Counted from the stretch's first letter, positions 10,867 through 24,116 are shown. The stretch is DNA of 64,000 nt from Azolla caroliniana (GCA_043228905.1 JBHGNT010000011.1:10726001-10790000), one strand, 5' to 3'. A program made the numbers and translations. Notes: generated by a model from the sequence alone, not told the origin.

Positions 10867-13645
10867 ATGGACTGCCAGACTCTCTCTGAGGCCGCCAAGA
10901 AATGGCTACGACAACACGGATTGGAGGGGTTCTTCACAATCATGGACGCACCACGACACAGAGAAGCTGACAAGATCATCAAAGAAATTGACACCAAGCT
11001 GATCACGGAGGAAGCGATCCGTGCACTAATAGGCCTTCCAAAGGGGGGCATCTATACTATTGACAACCCTATCTCCGAACGGCTCATCAAATACATCGGC
11101 GAGTATTCTCTAGCCAGCAAGGGCTACAGGAGACAAGGCGGAGAAGATATGTTATTCCGAGAAATTGCCCGTGTACTCCATGAGTTCGGCCACGTATACC
11201 CTCGACCCCCCGTTATGCCTCAGAACTGAGCAGGCTTGATCATCGCAACATATGAAGGGGTCAAGGTGGATTGGCCGGTGCTGATCGTCGACGGATTGTG
11301 TGCGGCTATTGACACTGTAAGAGGTAAGGAAGCCAAAGAAGGCCGGAAAATATGGCATGCGGTGGCGCAATGGCCCACCCTATTGGTGCCACCTGTCGAG
11401 CCCGTCCAGACCAAGAAGCGGGGAAGAGTAACGGACGACACCCCGAAAGCTGCTTCAAAACGACAGCAGTTGTTGGCCACCAAGACCACTAAGGGGAAGA
11501 CAACTGACACGGTGTCGTGAAGATCCGTCACTACGCGCGGATCGTGAGGCGGAACCGCCGGGGTTCTGGACCAGAAGGATTTAGAGTCGATACAAGCTTT
11601 GGCGAGAAAGTTCTTAAGATAGATTGGGAAAGAGAGAAGTTGAGATTACATGATTGATTTGTTAACGAATTTCTTCTTCTTAATTTTCATAAAAAAAACC
11701 GTGTTTTTCTCTTCCCCCTTCCCTCTTTTATAGATGCTCTCATGCATATGATGCATGTGAGGGTACAAGACATGCATAAATTGCATGTTTGCCATTTGGC
11801 GCTTAAGTATTACATGTGGTGCATGCTAATCATGTCACTCATTTTAGCACTCATGGATGAGAATTTACATGTAAAAGTACAATGATAAAAATATAATTTT
11901 AACTAAATACTATGGCTTAATGGTAAGCCATTTGACTCCTAACTTGGAGGTGCAAGGTTTGAATCCATACTTGCCCTCCTTGTATATGTATATATTTTTA
12001 TATATTTATTTTATCTAGTCGCCGGTTCGCCGGATACCGTCGCCGGATGCCGGTGCCACCGCCGGATGCCGGATGCCGCCGCCGGATACCGGTGCCGCAT
12101 GCCGCCACCGGATTGCGGTCGGATGCCGTCGGATCACCGGCTCCATTGCCGGTCCGGTTTTGGTTGGCCAAAACCCTTTACGAGTAGCTAGCCACCTCCA
12201 CTCTAAGTTCAAGTTACCTTGAACTCTCTATGCTCCACACATAGACACAAAGATAATATCTTTTGCTCCACCTTATATATGATGAGAGCCGTATTTGTCG
12301 TGCCTATGTGGGATATCTCACAATTTTCTCTTTTCTTTTCACAAACTTTATACCCTCATATCTTGACATTTAGTTGTCCATTTCTCGTGTAATAAAGTGC
12401 ATTCGAAACCTCCATCATTTTGTACTTAGATATTAAAAATGTTATCTTCACAATTATTGTATTACATGATTCATACTCGATTTTGTACGTTTTATGGGAT
12501 TTTCACACTATTGCCGAAAATCTTCACGACAACGGAGCAGGCGGCGAAGGAGCGCGCCATCCGGAAGCAACCGACGGACATGTAGGAGGAAACACCGGCA
12601 CAACCCTTGAAGATCACACTCCGCCGACCGGTGCAGCAAGAAACGGACACCCTGGTGGGAAGAATGAATGTCGGGACTCAGGAGGAGGAAACAGAGGAAG
12701 AACCTACGGAGCACCTCCAGCGGCGGCCGATGATGAGCACCGCAGAATCAGCCGGGAAGCGTGGGACCCATAGAAGGATGGAACGCCTTTACCCCACAAT
12801 GAGAATCCCACGCCAAGGGAGGAACCGGAACCGGTTCGGATGGAACCGGTCTCAGAAGCCCCTGCACAACAGGCAATACCGGCGGGTCAGGAAATGGCAA
12901 GCCCCGAAACACAAGCGCCGGTAAGGTATGTGCCACCTTCCTCAGCCAACCAAGAACAAGCAAAACAAGAGCGGCAAGCCGAAACACAACCAGAACCTGA
13001 ACGACAAAGTGGTCAGCAGGGAGAGCCGGAATTGCAGCTCGACGCAGTTAGGCGGGACCGGCCACTAGCAAGTGAACCCATCAGCCAACCCTCCGTGTAG
13101 ATGCAACAACAGGGCACCGGCAGCCAATGGCTCCGGTGGATAGGAGAGCAGGTTGCCGAAGTGATACTGTATGTAGAGGCGGAAGAACGAGCGCAGATGG
13201 AACGGTTGCTAGTCACAACCGATGAACTAGAGACGGCCCGGTCAAGGATCCGATGCCTTGAACAAGACTTGGATCGGGTCACAGAAGACATGGCCAAAAT
13301 GGCCTTAACCGCAACACAGATCCAAGCACCGGTGACTCCGGTGGATGTACACAATAAAGAAACTCATAGCTCAACTGGACGACGATCGGATGGATGCTCA
13401 AACCCAGTTTGAGAGCTATGAGCGGTCCCGGTTTAGGGAAGAAAAAGCAAGGCAGGCGGCAACGGTCAACCTCAGTGATGAGGAACCGTCACCGGTACAA
13501 GGACCAGGCCGGGGTAAGACAACCAGAGACAACTCCGACAGAGGAAACAACGAAGGAAACGCCGGTGCCAGAGCAACAATCAGAGTCGCAGCAGCCACAG
13601 ATTCCCGTCGAGCCACTGGAGACCCTGGAAGTTATCTCGCCGTAA
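10867..13645 (+). pseudogene. Extra ORF downstream of pol in element C (unknown N-terminal domain, low-complexity linker, coiled coil), split by a solo LTR
   Basis: ORF pieces 10867-11229, 11236-11512 and 12536-13645. Removing 11513-12531 plus one TSD restores the frame ...KTTDT-EQAAKERAIR... Confidence 0.7.
11513..12531 (-). mobile_element. Solo LTR of the B/E (tRNA-Trp) Gypsy clade
   Basis: 12-bp terminal inverted repeat TGTCGTGAAGAT/ATCTTCACGACA; 4-bp TSD ACGG on both sides; shares motifs with the B LTR. Confidence 0.9.
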
Positions 13646-13713
13646 CACCCTTTGGTGAAGTGTCTTAAGTGGACACCCTGTGTTAGGCTGTTGTCCGGCC
13701 CTAAGGAATAACA
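13639..13713 (+). repeat. Terminal 75 bp of the 3' LTR of element C
   Basis: GCCGTAAC-CCCTTTGGTGAAGTGTC...GTGTTAGGC...GAATAACA aligns to the reverse complement of 4938-5010. Confidence 0.85.
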
Positions 13714-16700
13714 AGTATGATTTAATCAAGGCGGTTGCTTTATCGATAAAGAGGGCTAACTCATCGCTCTCGCGAACGAAGAGAGGGCTGAATGTTCATT
13801 CTCGACTCGCACGAGATGAAATCAGCCATGTTCGCAAAGGGCATGAAAGCCGATTCTGACATAGAGTTATGGTACAAGCGGATTGGCCATATCAACCTCC
13901 AAAAGCTCAAGGCAATGCAATCGAAAAGAGTTGTCATCGGGCTCTCGACATTCAAGGAGAAAGAGATTGAAGGCATGTGTGCCTGCTTGCCAATTCGACA
14001 TACAACATCGGCACCCATTTTCGAAGGAGCGGAACGTGAGCAAAGGTGTACTCGACGTAATTCATTCCGATGTATGGGGTCCAGCTTAGATGGCTACATT
14101 CAGCGGATGCTGATACTACGTAGCCTTCATCGACAACTTCTCCAGGCACACCTGGATCTACCCCATGCGGCAAAAGAGCGAAGTGTTCGGACACTTCCAA
14201 AACTTTAAGAATGAAGTTGAGAAAGCCACGGGCCGACATGTACGATGTCTTTGGTCAGATGGAGGCAAGGAGTACTTCTCCGACGAATTTTCGGCTTTTC
14301 TACGGAAAGAAGGAATTCGGCAAGAGTTTTTGTGTCGACATACGCCACAACAAAACGGAGTCGCCGAATGAAAGAATAGACACATCCTCGAAGTAGCATG
14401 GGCCATGATGAACGAAAAGCACCTCCCAAAGTTGTATTGGGTAGAAGCAGCTAACACGACCGTATAGCTCATGAATCAGTCTACGACATCGGGTGTGCAT
14501 GAACTTACTCTGCATGAGAAGTTTTTCAGAAAGAAGCTAGACCTATCACATGTTCGGATATTCGGCTCCATTGCGTATGTGCACATCCCCGACGAGAAGC
14601 GACAAAAGCTCGACCCGAAGTCGGAGAAATGTATCCTCGTAAGATACTCACTAAAGCAAAAGGGGTACAAGTGCTATAACCCCTCAACTCGAAAATCTCG
14701 AGTAAGTCGAGACATCGTTTTCAACGAGTTCGCATCTTGGTACGCACCAGAGACAACTTCGACTCCGATTCTGCTTGACCCGGAATCCACCGAAATAAAG
14801 ATAGAAGCCGAAGATCGTCTCACGCACATGTTCAAAGAAAGCCCGATTACGAGAAGGCTTAGTGGGCCGCAATTTCAGAAAGAAGCCAGACCTATCACAT
14901 GTTCGGATGTTCGGCTCCATTGTGTACGTGCACATCCCCGACGAGAAGCGACAAAAACTCAACCCGAAGTCGGAGAAATGTATCCTCGTAAGATACTCAC
15001 TGAAGCAAAAGGGGTACAAGTGCTATAACCCCTCAACTCGAAAATCTCAAGTAAGTCGAGACGTTGTTTTCACCGAGTTCGCATCTTGGTACGCACCAGA
15101 GACAACTTCAACTCCAATTCTGCTCGACCCGGAATTCGATGAAATAGAGATAGAAGCTGAAGATCGTCTCACGCGCATGTTCAAAGAAAACCCGATTACG
15201 AAAAGGCTAAGTGGGCCACAAGAGCCTCTGAGCAATCAAAGCACATCTCGACTGAGTCCGAAGCTGGACAAAGGGAAGGCGAAAATGCCGGAGTATGAAG
15301 ACGATCACTTTGACGACAATGAATCGACTCACTCCCTCGATAGTGAGTTCAAAGGCCTTGACATCCGAACAAATGGAGTGCAGAAAGCCTTAGTATATGC
15401 AAACGAGAAGCTCCACCGATCCACCAGTGAAAAGAACCCCGTAAGCCGATTCGGCTACAACGATTATATGGCGTACCATTACGCCTTTATGATGAAGGTA
15501 GCGACGGTACGGGAGCCGGAAACGTTTTCCGAAGCCGCGAAGGACCCCACATGGGTTGAAGCGATGAATGAGGAGATACAAGCACTGTCCAAAAACAAGA
15601 CATGGGATCTTGTCCCCCACTCACCGCATAAGAAGGTGATCGGCTACAGATGGATCTACAAGGTGAAGTATAACGCCGATGGCTCCGTAAACCGCTACAA
15701 AGCTCAACTCGTAGCAAAAGGATACGCACAGACGCATGGAGTCGACTACAAAGAGACATTTGCCCAGGTGGCAAAGATGATGACTGGGTGGATCGTGATC
15801 ACACTCGCAGTGACGAAAGGGTGGCACCTCCACCAAATGGATGTCAAGAATGCCTTTCTTCAAGGCGAATTAAAAGATGAGGTGTACATGGTACAACCAC
15901 CCGTCTTTGAATTGCGCATTCATCCGAAAGCCGCATGCCAACTCAAGAAGCCTCTCTACAGCCTCAAGCAAGCACCGTGTGCTTGGCATTCGAAGATTAC
16001 GCAATATCTTCATCAAATCGGCTTTCGAATGTCAACATCTGACAACTCCCTCTACGTACGAAACAACTCTAGAAGCTCGATTATCATCATCCTATACGTG
16101 GATGATCTGGTCATTGGAGGAGAAAGGTTAGTCGACATCAACAAGGTGATTCCTACTCTCCAACAAATTTGAGATGATGGACATGAAGGAACTTCATTAC
16201 GTCCTAGGCATTGAAGTAATACGGATTCCGACCAACATTATGATCTCTCAATGACAATACATTCTCAACTTATTATATAAGTTCGGGATGACAGAGTGCA
16301 AATCTATGTCAACCCCTCTCGATCGAAACCTCAAACTAGATGCTGACTTCGGCACAGACGAGTGCGAGCCGACTCAATATCGACAACTGATCGGGGGCCT
16401 CATCTATCTCACAATCACGCGACCCGACCTCAACTATCCGGTCGGCCTCCTGAGCCAATTCATGCAAACTCCGTGAGATATCCATTTCGATTGCGCTAAG
16501 CGAGTATTACAATACGTGAGCGGCACAATCGATTATGCATCTTGTACGCATCGGCCACACCAATTCAACTCAAAGGGTACACGGATGCCGACTGGGCTGG
16601 CTACAAAGCCGATCGACGATCAACCTTTGGTTTTGTCTTCTCCCTTGTCAGCGGAGCAATTTCGTGGAGTAGCAAGAAGCAACCAACCGTAGCTCTTTCG

Positions 16701-17058
16701 AGTACGGAGGCCGAATACAGGGGCACAACTGTAGTTGCATGTGAAGCCATATGGCTCAAGAGGATTTTGAAGGATCTAGGCGTTTCCATCAAGGATCCGA
16801 CTCCCATTTACTACGACAACATGAGCAATATATATCTGACTCGGAACCCGGTGTTCCACGCACGCACAAAGCATATCGAAGTGCACTACCACTTCATTCG
16901 AGAGCGTGTTCAGGTCGGAGATGTTGATCTTCTACACATCAACACGAATCTTTCGACAACCAACATCTTCACCAAGGCCCTAGGATCCGACAAGCTTCGA
17001 CAATTCATGTTAGACCTTGGATTGACGATCCCTGACTTGCCAAGCTTGAGGGGGAGTA
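13714..17058 (+). pseudogene. Decayed Copia pol of element I, with a 349-bp internal tandem duplication (14524-15215)
   Basis: Stops and frameshifts; the VHIPDEKRQKL...RLSGP segment occurs twice. Confidence 0.9.
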
Positions 17059-17800
17059 TGTTGGGAGACAGGTCCCTCCAGATGGGAAGGAAGAAGAACA
17101 GTGCCGACGAACAAACTCGGAGTACCCGGCTACGGAGAGTCGGATGATACAGACCCGGTGTGAACCGGATGAGGAGTACTCGGCTACGGAGAGCCGGATG
17201 GTGCAAGCCCGGTATGAACCGGATGAGGAGTACCCGGCTACGGGAGCCGGATGGTGCAGGCCCGGTATGAACCGGATGAGGAGTACTCGGCTACGGAGAG
17301 CCGGATGGTGCAGGCCCGGTATGAACCGGATGAGGAGTACTCGGCTACGGAGAGCCGGATGGTGCAGGCCCGGTATGAACCGGGGGGAAGAGACATATTC
17401 GTAAATATGTTTCTGAGAGCCCATTGTGGCTATATTTGTAAATAGCCGAAAAGTCATATTAGTATAAATATGACTTAGGGCAAACTAATATGATGAGGTT
17501 GTTATTCTTCCTTGTTGGTGCAAGAAGAAGAACAGAGAGCACGTAATAGTGTACAGAGAGAAAGAGAGAGAAAGAGGTCGTTGCCTCTGTTGTAACCGCC
17601 GCCTGTGGCGAAGAGCGTGAGTCCGAGGTCGTTGCCTCTGAGAACTCACTGTTTTGTACATTCATACATAGTGACAGTTTGCAGCCTGTGGGCTGCCGTG
17701 GTTTTTCCTCCAGTTTGGGGTTTTCCACGTTAACCTCCTGTGTAGTGTGTGTGTATCTTCCTCTCCTTTGTATCGTGTTGTATTTCCCGTTTTTCTGTGT
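17059..17800 (+). mobile_element. Foreign LTR-like insert in the 3' UTR of Copia I (probable solo LTR, right end damaged)
   Basis: Starts TGTTGG; TATAAATA near 17463; U5-like pyrimidine tract; GTATG at both junctions; no terminal CA. Confidence 0.55.
17119..17382. repeat. Minisatellite, 54-bp unit, about 5 copies
   Basis: Unit GGAGTACTCGGCTACGGAGAGCCGGATGGTGCAGGCCCGGTATGAACCGGATGA, period 54. Confidence 0.95.
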
Positions 17801-17993
17801 ATGAAAAGAATCTCGGTTGCGGCCGAGCATTGCGCATAAGGAACGTTGGGTTCCCATCAGAGTACAAGCGAGAACCGGATATCGTCCAAACTGGGTACGA
17901 GTGGAAGTGGACATTGGAGATCATCTGAACCAGATACCAGCCGAAGTAGACATAAATCAAAAGGAACCAACCCAAGTTGAGCTTGAGGGGGCG

Positions 17994-18452
17994 TGTTGAG
18001 AATCAAGCTCAACATAGTGCAATGTGTGAACACACCTTTTGAGAATCTATGATAACTCAAACGTCAAGAGTCACACCACTACTCTCTACACATTAACTAT
18101 GTGTCATAGATCATATTCTATGACACATAACTAATGAATTACATATTCCCCATGACTATGAGTCTTCACATTCCCCAAGAGAGAGTGGTTGTTGTAGTTA
18201 GTTAATGAAGAGAGAGGGTGACCATATATAAAGCACCCTCCTCATACTTCATATTAAGTCGGTTGTGACTCTCTTATTCTACTTGTGAATATACATCTTC
18301 TTCTTGAGTACTTCATTGTGTTCTTATGTATCTATCTTGTGTTTTCTCTTCTCTCCAACCATCATCTGCCATTGTTCCCTCCTATTGAGTTCACTCTTCC
18401 ATTACCGCCATTCTACACTCAGTTGCCGCCACTATTTGGGTTTCACCCAATA
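17994..18452 (+). repeat. 3' LTR of Copia I
   Basis: TGTTGAG directly after a PPT; start resembles the LTR of related Copia G; ends CCCAATA (CA mutated to TA). Confidence 0.72.
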
Positions 18453-21067
18453 AGAAGGATTTATGCAGGAAACGTGTTGGAAGGAGTCAATACGAGGAGC
18501 ATCCCATTCATCTTTTTGATGTACCTCAGGTATTTACATTTATCTCAACTTTTGTTTTGATTTTTAAACTTAGTTATCTAATTAGCTACCTCAAGCTATG
18601 ATCAAGCTACCTAGTTATTGGTAATAGCTAAATAGCGATTGACAATAGGTAACTTAGCTATTATCAGCTAATTAGCTACCACAATAGCTAATTAGCTATC
18701 TTAGAATATGAGCATAGCTAACTAGCTACTGGTAATAGCTAAATAGCTATTGCCAATACTAAACTTAACTATTGTCAGCTAATTTGCTACCGCAATAGCT
18801 AATTAGCTACCTCAGAAGATGACCATAGCTAACTAGCTAGTTACCAGTAGCTAGTTAGCTATTATTAGCTAACTATAATAGCTAACTAGCTACCGTATTA
18901 GCTCTTGACATAGCTAACCAGCTATTGCGAGTAGCTAATTAGCTACTGCCAGTAGCTAATTAGCTACTGCCAATAGCTAATTAGCTACTCGCAACAACTA
19001 GTTAGCTATGTAAGGTAGCTAATTAGCTACTCTTAATAGCTAATTAACTACTCGCAATAGCTAGTTAACTATGTCAAGAGCTAATTAGCTATTGTCAATA
19101 GCTAGTTAACTACTCTTACTAGCTAATTAGCTACTACGAGAGTATGATCATAGCTAATCAACTACCACACTATATCTAACTAGCTACATCATGGTGCATT
19201 TTTGCTACTCATTGGACTCCCTTTTTATTACGCATGTTGATTTATTTATTAGGTTCAGGCGAATGCATCCAAATATCAAAGTTCAACTACGAACATTCGA
19301 GTCTCTTAAGCCACACTTTGTGAGACGCTTAAAGGATCGATACACATGTTGTTGCATTTACCATGTATAAATGGGTTTTCTCAAGGACTCTGTTAATCTA
19401 CTACGTCACCATAGCTCCTCCCTAGAGGATGCAGTCTGCATTTGTGAGTGCCCAATTTGTCGATCTAGCTTGCAAGAGCATTGTAAATCATCAGAGCATG
19501 TTATCTCTTCCATGAGTGGTCCTTTAGATTCAGTATTGTGTCCGAGTGAATCTGAGGCTATCTTCCACAGTCATAAATGCGTCATGGGTTTATGTCAAGA
19601 TTGTGGCCCTAGTAGATTTAGGTGGTGTCCAAAAGATTTGAGTAGTGAAATTTTAATCTCTGTCAAGTTATTTGAGTATGTGGACACCAATTTTGAAGGA
19701 AAGGTGTGTAAAAGAAAGGATCTAGTTAGGAAGTTGCTTAAACCAAGGGATTTGGCGTCTCTATTTGTAGTACCTCTAGGAAAGTTCATTAAACACAACT
19801 TCCCTTATTCATGGTAGGCCCATCAATTTAAGACTTGCATATCTAATTTTCCAAATGATGTAGTAGTCTTAATAGTAGATTGCGCAGAGAATTATACTTT
19901 CAAGCAGCAGAACGAAATTCAATCCATGCATTGGTGTTCAGTGCAAGTAACCATTTTTGTGCACATAACATATTTTCGAGTTTCAGGTGATGTTGAGAAA
20001 GTAATTCATTTTTTTATTTCTGATGATAAGAAGCATGATACCTTGTTTGTCGAACACTATTTTAAGTTACATTGACAATGGTTATTAAGTCAACGTTTGG
20101 AGCTTACTCAACATTGGGTCTGGTATGATGGAGTTGCGTCACAATTCAAGGCTAGACGTCCATTTTATTTTGTTGGTAGATATCCTTCTATAACAGGTTT
20201 GGAGATGAGATGGAATTTTTTTGGGTCTGGCCATGGTAAAGGTGAACATGATGGAGCAGGTGCAGTTATAAAGCGGGCACTTACCCATGAACAACTAAAG
20301 GCAGATGGTGTGCATATGAATTGTGCAACACATGTAGTCAAATTTTTAAGAGCTAATATGTCAACGAGTGCAATTGGTGTTTATTCCTCGCAGGTCCGAG
20401 ATATCAAACGTGAATTTTGGGAAGTGAAGATAGATAAAGTAAATAGGGAGAAGACCTGGGAGTGCCAAGGAATCCCCGAATTGCGATCTCTCCATGTTGT
20501 TTGGGGTTATTCTAGGTTGGATGGTCATTGTATTGTAGTTAGAGAACTAACTTGTTTTTGCTTCAATTTTGTGTGGGGAAATTGGAGGTATTGTTTAAAC
20601 AGAGCATATATTCAGAATTGGGAGTACCATACATTGAATGATAAGGACCGAGCGGATGAAGAAACAAAAAACAATGTTGACTTCACATATCAGGGTCGTG
20701 GAGTGATGTCATAAATGTTGGGGAAAATTTCGTTGTAAATGCAGAAGAAGACAATTCAGAGGGTGTTGATTTCTATATATTGAAGTGCAAGGTTTGTAAA
20801 CAATGTGCAACGCAAAATATTGTAGATGCTTGGGGAAATTTTGTATCTGCAAGGACATTCTACATCAAAGTTATTTTTTATGCAAGACTAGATGATTACG
20901 ATTATGTGTATAGGCTTTTAGAAGACAAACCAGTAGCGTACATGTACTCTCATTTGGTCAGGAGCATCAACATTTGGATGTCACAATACAATAGTTGCTC
21001 AGGTTTATACACAGTTAGTGCTAATTTGTATGAATATATTTACAATAGTATGCCATGGAATTTGTAG
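18453..21067 (+). pseudogene. Sola2-like transposase, intron-containing, with several C-to-T/G-to-A nonsense mutations; 5' end cut off by Copia I
   Basis: FRRMHPNIKV..FESLKP, TCCCIYH, Cys clusters, D(C)AENY, QNEIQSMHW..QVT, ISDDKKHD, W(Y)DG(V)ASQFK, WNFFGSGHGKGEHDGAGAVIKR. Splice donor at 18530, acceptor at 19252. Confidence 0.8.
18570..19190. repeat. Array 1 of palindromic TAGCTAATTAGCTA units with short spacers (transposase intron)
   Basis: Many exact and degenerate copies between the GT at 18530 and the AG at 19252. Confidence 0.93.
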
Positions 21068-23515
21068 CTACAAGGAGATCATACCTGTTTTCTTGTAAAG
21101 TGGACAAAGTAGTTGTATTGCAAAAGAACAGTTTAATAAAATCATTTGGGAGATTGTCTTCTTTTTTATATACAGTTTTCTTTCAGTTCTTGTTTGTTAA
21201 TAAAATCATTTGGGAGTTTTCTTTTTGATACACAATCTTCTTTCTATTCTTCTTTCTTAATAAAATCATGTCTGTTTAATAAAATTGTGTGTCTTTTTTA
21301 TATGCAGTCTTCTTTGTGTTTTTCTATCTTAAAGAAAAGTTTAATAAAATCATTTGTGAGTCTTCTTTCTGTTCTTGTTTCTTAATAAAATTGGCTTTGT
21401 TAAATGTGTATTGATTGTTAGTATTACTTATTGCAACTTTCGGTTTTGGTCTGTTCAATGTGCATAATGACGATTATACTGTCTAGACTACATTTTGGCA
21501 ATGGTTTTTTTACTCTCATGTGAACCATGTACAAGTTCAAACAGTTTGTCATTCTGAGAACAACCAACATCATGAAATCAGAAATCAATGACCTATTTTA
21601 AAATTACACAGTAGATGATTTACTCAAAACAAGCGATTTAATTCGTCATTGATTAATCTATCATTAAATTACATGTTTATAATACACCATTGGCAATGTC
21701 TACAAAGCACCTATAAATAGCTAAACTCTTGCTGGTCAATGAAACTTCTCTACATATGTGATCTGCATACCGAGCTCGGTATAGTGTCCACAACCATGCA
21801 GTTAGTTGGCAGTCAATGTTTTCACCAAGTAGTTATCAGGCATTTCGTCAGGTACAATGAGACAGCATCTGCGAAGGTTGTAGTAATGCCAGAAATGTTC
21901 TGTATCCACAATCAACGTATTGTCGGCATTATATTCGGGCCATGTATGCCAAAAAACATAAAGTCTTTTGAATCTTGCAATATCCTGTTATTCACATCTT
22001 TCTCGTGTCCGCTGACCCTTGAAGTGTTGTCGCACTTTGGGAAGAATCTTTCTACACACATCTGAACGTGGTTAAATTCACTCCAAATAAACAAATCAAA
22101 GTATTGCAAAACCCACTCTAGAAATTGATTCACGTCCCTCCTTGGTGTCATATATCGCACACTCATCATGACTTTATCAAGCTCCAAGATCAAGGCTCTT
22201 CTTTCGTCTTCTAATGGTTTAGGTTTCCATTCCTACGACTGAGCCTCTATTACACCAAGTATTGGTAGCACACAATCAATTTCAATCAACTCAGGTTCTA
22301 TCGACACAATTGGTGTCCTTTTCCTCTTCAAACCCCTGGTCGATTGTGTTTTTGGGTCTGACTTCACCTTGTTTTGGTCTTGTGCAGTCATTGGACATGG
22401 CTTCACATTGTTTTACTCTTGTATAGTCGACTGTGTCATCGATCCTGGTATTACCTCTATGCATGTAGATACTTCTTTGGTCGGTATCAGCCCACTGGTA
22501 TCACATGCTGCATCTACCTGCAAAATCAGATCATCTATGCAACATGCTTGATCTACTTGCGTGACCAGATCATTTGTGTCAGTTGCTACATCTACTTTCA
22601 AGATGGGGCCCTCTAAACATGCAGCAACATCAACAGTTTCCACACTGCCATCGGCCTTAGGAGCAATAGATTCAAACCCTTTAGACTCTGCACATCAAAA
22701 AACACCAACATATTCACACTCATAAAGTTGCTAACAATCTCACTAAACAACATAATGAACATGAAATATTCTGCAACAAAATAATAATATTATCTTAAAA
22801 TCCATCATAGAGTTCCATTACATAATGTGGATCAAGCAACAACCAATTTGAGGTTTTACTTGTCCAAATAGACCATAGGCCATCTTCATAATTTTCTAGG
22901 AAAATAGCTAATAGTCATATCCCACCAATCAGTAATTGGTAGTAATTAGCTCCAATGGTCTTGTCCCTGATCGTGGACCCTTCTTCAACCTTTTTCTAGT
23001 TGGTTGCCCATTTGGCCTTGCTTCTTTCACCCATTGCACAAGTATGTCCTCCTCCGACAACCTTTCCATCGCCTCAGCAACGGCTTGCACGTTAGTCGTG
23101 TCTTGCGCTAGCTTTTTAAGTATAGTGGGATCTGGTGGGACATCATCAACAGTTGGGCTTGGTGGGGTTGAATCAAGGTTTTGGGATTCAAAGAAATGTT
23201 GCATCAAGTGTTCAAAACCACTGTTGTTATGAACCTCAGATTTACATGTTGTTTCCAATATTTCATGGCTTTTCACAACGTTGCCTAATTCACTACAATC
23301 TTCCAAAAGAATAGGGTGGCGTTGATCTAAAGTAGATGTGTTAGCAAGACTCTTACTTTCAGCCACGTTGCCTAATTCACTACAATCTTCCAAAAGAATA
23401 GGGTGGAGTTGATCTGAAGTAGATGTGTTAGCAAGGCTCTTACTTTCAGCCACGTTGCCAACTATCTCCTCATCGGTTGTTGCGTCATCAGCAGTTGGGC
23501 TTGGTGGGGTTGAAT

Positions 23516-24116
23516 CAAGCTTTTGGGATTCAAAGAAATGTTGCATCAAGTGTTCAAAAGCACTGATGTTATGAACCTCAAATTTACATGTTATTTCCAA
23601 TATTTCATGGCTTTTCACAACGTTGCCTAATTCGGTACAATCTTCCAAAAGAATAGGGTGGAGCTTATTTGAAGGAGATGTGATAGCAGGACTCTTACTT
23701 TCAGCCACGTTGCTAGCTATCTCCTCATTGGTTGTCGTGTCATCGGCACCAGACACCTCATGCAACCTCCTTAATCCACGAGATTCTACAACATGTTAGC
23801 TAATTAGCAGCTTCTCAAGCTTTTGGGATTCAAAGAAATGTTGCATCAAGTGTTCAAAAGCACTGATGTTATGAACCTCAAATTTACATGTTATTTCCAA
23901 TATTTCATGGCTTTTCACAATGTTGCCTAATTCGGTACAATCTTCCAAAAGAATAGGGTGGAGCTTATCTAAAGGAGATGTGATAGAAGGACTCTTACTT
24001 TCAGCCACGTTGCCAGCTATCTCCTCATTGGTTGTTGTGTCATCGGCACCAGACACCTCATGCAACCTCCTTAATCCACGAGATTCTACAACATGTTAGC
24101 TAATTAGCAGCTTCTC
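23516..24116. repeat. 300-bp tandem duplication in the accessory gene, on top of older protein-level repeats (23150-23720)
   Basis: Lines starting at 23521 and 23821 are near identical with exact period 300. Confidence 0.93.

Larger units (their letters stand above)
8751..13713 (+). mobile_element. Ty3/Gypsy element C (same family as A, older): RH end, integrase, extra 3' ORF, collapsed 3' LTR
   Basis: Integrase region closely parallels A (WGLDFVGP, DYCxKWVEA). Ends in an A-type LTR tail GAATAACA at 13713, joined to Copia coding sequence. Confidence 0.88.
13714..18452 (+). mobile_element. Ty1/Copia element I (3' two-thirds), interrupted upstream by C
   Basis: IN-RT-RH order; IHSDVWGP, QQNGVAE, QMDVKNAFL, YVDDL, YTDADWAG, KHIEVHYHFIRE; PPT TGAGGGGGCG and 3' LTR starting at 17994. 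Confidence 0.92.

Noticed and set aside
11905-11980. Functional tRNA gene
   Set aside because: No acceptor or anticodon stem can be formed; only A/B boxes and a D-arm-like hairpin remain.
17005-17457. Repeat-protein ORFs
   Set aside because: Artefact of the 54-bp (multiple of three) minisatellite in an LTR-like insert.
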